From Promethearchaeota archaeon (GTDB taxonomy: Archaea > Asgardarchaeota > Heimdallarchaeia > Hodarchaeales > Hodarchaeaceae), in assembly GCA_048938105.1 (NCBI GenBank), contig JBHLMN010000006.1, positions 64,001 to 128,000 of the forward strand: a stretch of 64,000 bases of DNA. The letters run 5' to 3'. Positions 56,541 to 64,000 of the stretch are shown in pieces. The notes below the pieces were generated by a model. The model made no database searches. It worked only from the letters and a program-made list of their open reading frames with translations, and had not been told where the DNA came from. Each line of letters starts with the position of its first letter. Positions within the stretch are counted from its first letter, which is position 1. The position numbers and the translations under genes were made by a program.

Positions 56541-58895
56541 TCATTTTATGAGAATTTGGTATAATTCGTCCTCGATTCGCTTAATCCAATCTAAGCTAAT
56601 CTCTGAAATATCTGATAGAATATTTGATTTGAGGAACTGTGTGATTTCGTCTCTTTTTGATAAAATAATTTTGTCGAACTGTTTTTGATAAAAAATTATC
56701 AAAATTGCAGGAACAACTCCTCCCAATTTAAGTATTCTCGGATCCTTAACCATATTATCCCTCACATTAAAGCTAAAAGAGAGGAAATGCCATTCTATAT
56801 CGGTAGGTTCAACAATGGAAGTGTGAGGAAAAGGACCATATATATTTTCGATTTCTCCATGCTGATATAGTACTGCACTATACTCTATCATTGAACGAAG
56901 CTCGTGATCATCAAAGGAGCAATTCCCACCTTTTCCTTGAATAGATAGTCCTTCGTCAGTGAGTGATCCTATACAAACAGCAATAGATAAGTTCTCTAGA
57001 TCTCTTGGAAGAACGGCCGCTTTTTTCTTCCACATAATGAACCCTATGGCTATACTCGCCATAATTATTAACAACATAAGGAAAACTAGATATAATGAGG
57101 ATTTTGGAGAGTTCGAAATGGCAAATTCACCAGAAAAAGCTGTTGATGATAGATCTCCTGAACATGTTGCCACAACTTTGATCATATAAGTTGAATTGTC
57201 TTCAAAAAGAGTCGTATCCCATGTATAATTGGTGGTTGTAAGTCCTGAAACTAGTAAAGTCCATTCATTTCCACCGTCCGTAGAATAATACACAGAATAG
57301 CTGATTAGATGGTTCCGCCAAGAATCATTGACTACAGTCCATTCAATGATGATCATTTCAGAGATGGTTTCACCAGTAATCGGAGACGTAATGTTAAGGG
57401 GAGATAGTTGATGAGGTGGAGAGCGAGATGATAAGGGATATGGATCATATGTATTAGTAATCACTCCAAAAATAGGGTATTTATCATCTACAATACCATC
57501 ATTATTAATATCTGGATCTGTCCACTCACTCCAATAGTTGTATGAAAAATTATTGTTTTCTCCAGAGTCAAGTGCCTGAGAGGATACACCTATATTGTTT
57601 CCAATAAAATCATTCCATTCAAATAGGTTATTGGAAGCTTGTGATGATAAATAAATCCCAAAGTTGGTGTTATTTGAGAAGACATTTCCATAAAGGCTGT
57701 TATTCGAGGAGTACTCAATGTAAATACCGTAACTGTTATTGTTGACAGTATTAGCAGAAAGAATACAACTCTCCGATTTATAAAGTTCAATACCATATCC
57801 AGAATTGTTAGAGGCGATATTATTAGATAGAATATTGCTTCTAGAGTTCCGAATAATAATTCCTACATTCTTATTGTTATCAACAGTGTTGGTTGAAAGA
57901 AAACAACTCTCAGATTCAAAAAGTACAATACCATGTCTAAAATTACGAGAAATAACATTACTGGAAATATTGCAATTTTGAGATCTGCTGTTATTGATTC
58001 CAGACATACCATTTTTGTGAATGAGATTACTGAAGAGAGAGGTACTATCAGAATTTTGGATATTAATTCCATTAAAATGGTTGTTAAAGAGGTTATTATC
58101 TGAAAGCGTGCAATTACGAGAGTTCCAAAGGGAGATGCCATCTTCCATATTATTAAATATCAAATTATCTCTTAGACTGTTCGATTCAGATTCATCAAAA
58201 AAAATTCCTATCTGTACGGAATCTGAAACCAGATTTTTTGAAAGAACATTATTGCCTGAATCATAAAGATTAATTCCATTTTTTTCGTTGTTGCCTATTG
58301 TATTGTTAGAAAGTGTATTGTTTTTCGAACGAATGAAAAAGATCCCATCCCAATTGTTCCTAGACATGTTATTTCTTGAAATTATGTTATTGTTAGAGTC
58401 TACTAGTTGAACCCCTCCCAAGGAGTTTTTGGTGATTGTATTTCTGTCAATGATAATACTCTCTGAAAATTCAATAGAAATCCCTTTTGCATTATTCTCA
58501 ATTATGGTGTTATAAGTAATAAGCCCATTGATGACATTAGTAAGAGAAATTCCTTTTTTTCCCCCATATAAAAAACAGGCATTTATATGAAAATGCACAT
58601 TAGTGTTCCTAATTTCGATTAGGTTTTTATCTGATGGTCCTGTGATATTATATCCAGTAATTTCATAAGGAAATGTCAAGCTTCCATCACCTACCCAGTT
58701 TTCCTTCGTTGCAGTAGCACTAAAGTTTGAATTACCATTGATGTAAATAGGGCTCTGCTCTTCATATTTTATAGAATGGTTAAAAAGAGTAGAGTCAGAG
58801 CCAAGATGATAATTGTGAGTAAGATTTAATGAAACGTTAATTGAGAGAAATAGAAAAAATATAACGAAATGAAAAGAGTTCTGGGAGAACTTCAT
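56541..58895 (-). CDS. Receptor-like protein: NosD/beta-helix ectodomain, Ig-like domain, single TM, cytoplasmic uDENN/longin-like domain
   Basis: Signal peptide, GDGSLTFPYEI, ~23-aa GI.L..S..N.IS.N repeats, TM followed by WKKK, ~150-aa tail with TDEG, IYGPFP, FSFNVRD...DPR. Confidence 0.8.
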   Translation of the reverse strand: MKFSQNSFHFVIFFLFLSINVSLNLTHNYHLGSDSTLFNHSIKYEEQSPIYINGNSNFSATATKENWVGDGSLTFPYEITGYNITGPSDKNLIEIRNTNVHFHINACFLYGGKKGISLTNVINGLITYNTIIENNAKGISIEFSESIIIDRNTITKNSLGGVQLVDSNNNIISRNNMSRNNWDGIFFIRSKNNTLSNNTIGNNEKNGINLYDSGNNVLSKNLVSDSVQIGIFFDESESNSLRDNLIFNNMEDGISLWNSRNCTLSDNNLFNNHFNGINIQNSDSTSLFSNLIHKNGMSGINNSRSQNCNISSNVISRNFRHGIVLFESESCFLSTNTVDNNKNVGIIIRNSRSNILSNNIASNNSGYGIELYKSESCILSANTVNNNSYGIYIEYSSNNSLYGNVFSNNTNFGIYLSSQASNNLFEWNDFIGNNIGVSSQALDSGENNNFSYNYWSEWTDPDINNDGIVDDKYPIFGVITNTYDPYPLSSRSPPHQLSPLNITSPITGETISEMIIIEWTVVNDSWRNHLISYSVYYSTDGGNEWTLLVSGLTTTNYTWDTTLFEDNSTYMIKVVATCSGDLSSTAFSGEFAISNSPKSSLYLVFLMLLIIMASIAIGFIMWKKKAAVLPRDLENLSIAVCIGSLTDEGLSIQGKGGNCSFDDHELRSMIEYSAVLYQHGEIENIYGPFPHTSIVEPTDIEWHFLSFSFNVRDNMVKDPRILKLGGVVPAILIIFYQKQFDKIILSKRDEITQFLKSNILSDISEISLDWIKRIEDELYQILIK

Positions 58896-59012
58896 TTACC
58901 TTGTTTCCCTCAATGACCTTTGGTTCAACTTTTTTTTTGGATCCTTCCAACACTTGGAACGAGAATTCGGTTATTCCTCACGAAAAGATGAGGGAGTATT
59001 TTAAAGTTGTCT

Positions 59013-60623
59013 CTAAGAAACAAGTGGTGCTCTATACAATCCCAAGAGATGGCGAGTACTACTATGAATTTCAACTTCTTCAACGTGAATTACTCCACTT
59101 TCATATATTGATATTACATTGAATGTATTCATCCTCTTTGAACGAATTTTCTTACTTGAAAAAGTTCCAGCATTCACAAAAACCGTATCTTCAATTTGCA
59201 TTGTTGTAGCGTAATGATCAAGCCCTGATAACACGAGGGGAACTTTATGACCAGTAACAAAATCAATTACATCACCAGCATCAGTGACAGCCCGTTTGAA
59301 ACGAGCACGAGGGATTGGTAAGGCACTATGGTGCATCACAACGAAAAAGAATTTGTATGATCCAAAAGTCTCGAACTCATGTTGAATCATCCTTAACCGA
59401 CTACGGCCAACATGACCTGCAGGATCTGGACCAGTATTAATACCAAGAACACGGAGGGATGGATCTTCAAAAACAGGATCTAAAGGCCCGACTTGTTGAA
59501 CCCATAACTCCCGACCAAAGGGTTGTAGATCTCTTGAGCCAGGTACAATTAAATACGGAATATCATACCCACGAAGCTCTCGTAATTTGATTTTTGCGAT
59601 AGCAAAATCCTCTGGATAAGCATCATTTGTTAAATCTCCGCAATGAATAAGCATATTCGGATTCTCCCGAAGCATCATTTTAATCCCGAGATCATAAACT
59701 TCAGCAAGAAAATGACTACCTGGACTGAAGTGTGTATCGGAAAATTGACAAATTTTGCTTAAGAGTTTATCCCCCGGCACAAGATAGCCAGCTTGTGGTT
59801 TAAGCTCTCCTTTTAAAATTGAAGTTGTTTCTTTGACTGGTTGTTGAAATTTAGAATAAGATTCGATTCCATAAAAGTTGATATTCAATTCTTCATCAGC
59901 TAGTGTGAGTTCTACAAAAGTGTGCCCTGCTTTCCCACGAGTCTTGAAACTACTGAAAGTACCGCAATTCACAAGCAAACAACGTCTTATTCCGTTTGAG
60001 AGGGAGAATATATTTGGGTAGTGACGGTGAGCAGTAATTATCACATCAATTCCCGCCCTCCAGATGACTTGCATGACATCACCTGCGTCTAAGATCATCG
60101 ATCTTTCCCTTCCAGTGTTTGGAATTGGTAATAGGTGATGATGGAAACAAAGAACCTTTACAATGTCATCGCTATAGCTATGAAGTTCATTAATAGCTTC
60201 AAGACCCCGATCACCAATTCTACCAATATTTTCATCGGGTTCAGAACTATCAATGCCAAGGATAATCATATTACCCCCATCTTTCGTTGTGTCAATTAAA
60301 AATTGGCGTTCACCAAAGAAATCTTTCCATAACTTGTCTCCAATGTTTCTCATATCATGATTCCCAGTCAATGTGTAGAAGTTTTCAACCTGGGAAAAAT
60401 GTCTATCAAGAAGTTTTTTGGCATACACAAAGTCCTCATAGGTGCCTGAATCAGTAATATCTCCGAGATGGAGAAGATAAGCATTCGGGTTTTCCTTTAA
60501 AAGACCCTGAATTAGTTTAATCCCTGTTTTAAAAGCTTTCTTATTAAAAAAGCCAGTAAATTTTGAAATATGACTATCAGAAAAAATGATTACTTCTTCT
60601 TTTTGAGAAGAATCCATTGTCAC
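59013..60623 (-). CDS. Tandem calcineurin-like metallophosphoesterase
   Basis: Domain 1: DSH, GDITD, GNHD, HHH, AHRH. Domain 2: DTH, GDLTN, GSRD, MHH, GLDH. Confidence 0.9.
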   Translation of the reverse strand: MTMDSSQKEEVIIFSDSHISKFTGFFNKKAFKTGIKLIQGLLKENPNAYLLHLGDITDSGTYEDFVYAKKLLDRHFSQVENFYTLTGNHDMRNIGDKLWKDFFGERQFLIDTTKDGGNMIILGIDSSEPDENIGRIGDRGLEAINELHSYSDDIVKVLCFHHHLLPIPNTGRERSMILDAGDVMQVIWRAGIDVIITAHRHYPNIFSLSNGIRRCLLVNCGTFSSFKTRGKAGHTFVELTLADEELNINFYGIESYSKFQQPVKETTSILKGELKPQAGYLVPGDKLLSKICQFSDTHFSPGSHFLAEVYDLGIKMMLRENPNMLIHCGDLTNDAYPEDFAIAKIKLRELRGYDIPYLIVPGSRDLQPFGRELWVQQVGPLDPVFEDPSLRVLGINTGPDPAGHVGRSRLRMIQHEFETFGSYKFFFVVMHHSALPIPRARFKRAVTDAGDVIDFVTGHKVPLVLSGLDHYATTMQIEDTVFVNAGTFSSKKIRSKRMNTFNVISIYESGVIHVEEVEIHSSTRHLLGLYRAPLVS

Positions 60624-60802
60624 GATATTTTCACCTGAGATATTTATAGAAGTTAGAGAGGATAAAAACTCTACTTTTTATCCAATCCAAACTTAATAAT
60701 TACAAATTTTCTAAAGTTTCCGAACATGATAGTGTGCACCTTAAACTTTTCTTTTTTGTTAGAATAAAATTATGAAGTGGATGAAAAAGTGAGTCTACAC
60801 TC

Positions 60803-62923
60803 ATGAAGTGTCCTAAATGTCTTGGGAAGGGGAAAATTCTCGTCAAACATAAACGAAAATGTCCCATGTGTCGTGGAATGGGTTCAACAAAGATCATTGT
60901 TGGTTCTAAACCAACAGGAAAAAACAAATGTCCAAAATGCCTTGGTACAGGTAAAATTGAGAAAGAAGTTGAGAAGACTTGTCCTATGTGTAAAGGAACA
61001 GGAATTGAGAAAAATCAATGTATTCTCTGTGATAAACCAACACCTTCAAAACAACAACTATGTGAATCCTGTAAGAAAAATCCATTGATTTATGAACTAA
61101 TTACTCCCGTTTCATTAAACGCAGTGGAATTTATGAAAATATATTCAGGTAAAGTAGTGAAGAAAGTTGAATTTGGCATCTTTGTACAACTCGCACAAAA
61201 GGTTGAAGGATTGATTCGTGATAAAAGGTTTAAGGGGGAAGAGGGAGATAAAATCTTCGTTAAATTGAAAAATAGGAAGGGGGAAAAACTAGAATTTCAG
61301 GAAACAAAAATAACAAACATTTCTCAATTCGAGATCAAGCGTGTGCATGATCCTGTTCCTTTACAGAAAATCAACATGGATCATGAGGTTGGGTCCTTTT
61401 TTTCCGTTCAATCACGGGTCGAGAATATTCGCCAAATTCCCCGTGGACCAAAAGTCTTCACACTCCTTGATGAGACTGGTGTGATCGAAGCTGCAGCGTT
61501 TCATCTTGATTTCGCAGAGAAGATTGCAGTTGGAGATATTGTTGAAGTCATGGGACAATACACTAGTCATCGGGGCTCAGAACAAATTGAAATCTCCGAC
61601 ATCTTTGTAGTTGACCCTGCATATGCTAACGCATTCGTGCAAAAAATGGAGAAATTACTTGATACGAGAAGCGAACCACCTCAAATTGACTTTTTAGTGA
61701 GATCTGAAACGTTAGAGTCATTAAAAGAGAGATTTGTGACCATTGCTAAACGTATACGACGAGCTTTACTTGAATTACAACCTATAATCATCAGACACCA
61801 CAATGATTGTGATGGAATCGTAGCAGGGATAGCTTTGGAGACCGCGTGTCGTGAACTATGGTTTCAACTTTTTGGACATTCTGACGAGGATCAATTACGG
61901 CATCTTGTAAAAAGAAATCCCAATAAACCTCCTTTCTATGATCCTCTTGACGCGGTTCGGGATCTAGATTTTGCTCTCTCCGATCAGGACCGATTCGGGG
62001 ATAAGATTCCTATCATTATTATGTTGGATACCGGAAGCAGTGAAGAAAGCTTATTTTCTTACAATTTGCTAAAATCATATGGAATTGAAATAATGGTTAT
62101 CGATCACCACTTTCCATCAAGTAATATTCAGGATGCAATTGATAGCCATCTTAATGTTTATTTTGTTGGTGGTGATTATAATATTTGTTCAGGGATGCTT
62201 GGTTGTGAGTTAGCTCGCTGTGTCAATCCTGATATCACTGATACTATAAACCATCTGCCCGCTATTGCTGGAAAAGGGGATCGTGTTGAAGGGGAAGAAT
62301 TAGACCAATACATCAAGATTGCGAAAAAGAAAGATTATTCAGAACATTTTATTGAGGACATTGCAGTAGCAGTTGATTATCAAGCATATTTCCTAAAATT
62401 TTCACCTGGCCGTCTTCTTCTAAGTGATCTATTAGGAATCCAGGGAAAACAAGAGAAACAAATTAATTATGTCAAATTATTATCAACTGAAGCTCGCAAA
62501 CATTTGGAAAACCAATTGCACATCTCCTTAGAATATGTTCAGGAGGAAACTTTAGTAAATGGAGTTCATTTAGCGATTTTGGACGTAGAAAAATATGCGA
62601 ATCGCTTTGATTACCCTCCTCCTGGAAAGATAACAGGGTCTCTCTTTGATCATCTTGCTAAGAAGGATCGGAATTCTGCGATAGTGACGATTGGTTTAGG
62701 TCCTGATTTCGCTATTTTCCGTTCACAAAATATTAAACTGGACTTTCCCAATTTTATTAAGAAATGTGCTAAAAAATTACCTCGTGCAGCTGTTGAAGGC
62801 GGGGGACATGAGGTTGTGGGTAGTATGAAGTTTATCCATGGTGCATATGATGAAGTAACGGAAACAATAAGAGAATTGTTGACTTTGATTGAAATCCAAA
62901 TTATTAATGAGAAAAAAGCATAA
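60803..62923 (+). CDS. Archaeal RecJ-like DHH exonuclease with DnaJ-type Zn finger, S1 and OB folds (COG1107-like)
   Basis: Four CPxCxGxG repeats, FGIFVQL S1, OB fold, HHNDCDG, LDTGS, IDHH, GGGH. Confidence 0.93.
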   Translation: MKCPKCLGKGKILVKHKRKCPMCRGMGSTKIIVGSKPTGKNKCPKCLGTGKIEKEVEKTCPMCKGTGIEKNQCILCDKPTPSKQQLCESCKKNPLIYELITPVSLNAVEFMKIYSGKVVKKVEFGIFVQLAQKVEGLIRDKRFKGEEGDKIFVKLKNRKGEKLEFQETKITNISQFEIKRVHDPVPLQKINMDHEVGSFFSVQSRVENIRQIPRGPKVFTLLDETGVIEAAAFHLDFAEKIAVGDIVEVMGQYTSHRGSEQIEISDIFVVDPAYANAFVQKMEKLLDTRSEPPQIDFLVRSETLESLKERFVTIAKRIRRALLELQPIIIRHHNDCDGIVAGIALETACRELWFQLFGHSDEDQLRHLVKRNPNKPPFYDPLDAVRDLDFALSDQDRFGDKIPIIIMLDTGSSEESLFSYNLLKSYGIEIMVIDHHFPSSNIQDAIDSHLNVYFVGGDYNICSGMLGCELARCVNPDITDTINHLPAIAGKGDRVEGEELDQYIKIAKKKDYSEHFIEDIAVAVDYQAYFLKFSPGRLLLSDLLGIQGKQEKQINYVKLLSTEARKHLENQLHISLEYVQEETLVNGVHLAILDVEKYANRFDYPPPGKITGSLFDHLAKKDRNSAIVTIGLGPDFAIFRSQNIKLDFPNFIKKCAKKLPRAAVEGGGHEVVGSMKFIHGAYDEVTETIRELLTLIEIQIINEKKA

Positions 62924-62965
62924 ATTTTTTACACTAATTGATTGATTCTAAAAAATAAGCCTTAG

Positions 62966-63571
62966 GTGTTCATATTGGTGGCAAAAATCCGTCAATATCA
63001 CCCCTCAGATGAGGAGGAATGGATACAATGCCATTCACTTTCTTATTTAGATTCAATTCATTATGATGAACTAATCAAAGCGAAGCCTCGCTATGAAAGC
63101 CCAAGTGTTGAGTTAGTGGGAATTCTCGATGATAAAATTGTCGGAATTTTAGACATCGAAATGGAACAAAAACATGGCCAATTTTGTTTTGATGAAACTG
63201 AACGTAGTGGAATGATTTCAGTCATTGGGGTACTTTCAGAGTATCGAAGGAAGGGAATAGGAACAAAATTAATTGAGAAAGGAATGGAAATAATCCAAAA
63301 AAATTTTGATGTTCATCGAATCGAAATTTGGGTTCGTAAAGATTCTGGAATAACAGCTTGGTTGAAACAAATCCAGTTTCAAGAGATTCATCGATTTTAT
63401 GAAGTAGTATTAACCGCAGATTTTTTTGAGAAATATCAAATTGATTTACCTTTTGGTTTAGTGCCAGCTGTTCTCACCAGTAATCTAGAATCAGAAGGAT
63501 TTTCTGAATTGACGCAGCAGCATCCTCCCGAAAGATCATTCCCGATTCTAATTTACGAAAGATTCTTTTAG
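62966..63571 (+). CDS. GNAT acetyltransferase
   Basis: IGVLSEYRRKGIGTKL motif A. Confidence 0.88.
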   Translation: MFILVAKIRQYHPSDEEEWIQCHSLSYLDSIHYDELIKAKPRYESPSVELVGILDDKIVGILDIEMEQKHGQFCFDETERSGMISVIGVLSEYRRKGIGTKLIEKGMEIIQKNFDVHRIEIWVRKDSGITAWLKQIQFQEIHRFYEVVLTADFFEKYQIDLPFGLVPAVLTSNLESEGFSELTQQHPPERSFPILIYERFF

Positions 63572-64000
63572 AATAACTCTTCTATTGGATCGAAAAGGGA
63601 GAATTTATCAGCTGGCTCACTTTCACTTATAGCTTCCATCATTCCCCTCACAAGACTTGATACTTTGTTGAGTCCTTTTTCTTCAAAAATTGAGACATGT
63701 TCCCATCCCACATGACGCCAACCTGTGAAATAAGACATTTTATTAATTTCTTTCTCAAAATTATGTATATCAGTCTCATTCGCGAGTAATTTTTCCAAGA
63801 TGACTTTCTTTATTTCATCCGCTGAGATACTTTCCAGAATTACTGGTTCAGACCCAGCTTTTGGATATTTTCGCCTCAGATCTGTCCAATTTGTATCTAA
63901 TTCCAACATTGTTGGCCTCATGTCATTGAGTAATCCCAGAATTGCCATCTGATTACCAGGGTCAGCTTGATGGCTTAAACCTAAGGTGAGGGCTCTACTG
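63568..64000 (-). CDS. Hypothetical protein; 5' end outside the window
   Basis: The frame of ORF 63568..63948 stays open to the window edge (SRALTLGLSHQADPGNQMAIL...). Confidence 0.65.
   Translation of the reverse strand, partial: SRALTLGLSHQADPGNQMAILGLLNDMRPTMLELDTNWTDLRRKYPKAGSEPVILESISADEIKKVILEKLLANETDIHNFEKEINKMSYFTGWRHVGWEHVSIFEEKGLNKVSSLVRGMMEAISESEPADKFSLFDPIEELF

Noticed and set aside
1-64000. tRNA, rRNA, IS element or provirus
   Set aside because: No GC-rich structured RNA stretch, transposase, integrase or virion gene was recognised; the single DUF1660-like micro-ORF is not enough to call a provirus.

Overview
AT-rich archaeal chromosomal segment, most likely from an Asgard archaeon (Heimdallarchaeia/Hodarchaeales-like). 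The taxonomy is inferred from an Arf/Sar1-like small GTPase, longin/uDENN-like domains, several (P)GF[E]-TM-basic C-terminal sorting tails, a geranylgeranyl reductase and a COG1107-type RecJ. About 45 CDSs are supported. I found no rRNA, tRNA, CRISPR array, transposase or integrase. Housekeeping and metabolic genes include a heterodimeric ABC exporter pair, uvrA, a non-pyrrolysine MttB-family methyltransferase, tnaA, a fatty-acid CoA ligase, PiT/DUF47 and YhhQ. Most notable: (1) a TrmB-like regulator and Arf/Sar1-like GTPase operon converging on a receptor-like protein (extracellular beta-helix, one TM, cytoplasmic uDENN/longin-like domain); (2) a divergent cell-envelope locus with a wHTH-ParA/MinD pair, a 24-bp palindrome next to its TATA box, two six-hairpin membrane proteins, a zinc-ribbon polytopic membrane protein and a tandem-longin protein; (3) six DNA methyltransferase-family genes in two clusters with no recognisable restriction nuclease, including an HTH-fused, apparently inactive beta-class MTase overlapping an intact one; (4) a 1318-codon beta-helix surface gene interrupted by a single in-frame TGA. 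Domain calls come from motif reading only; no searches were run.
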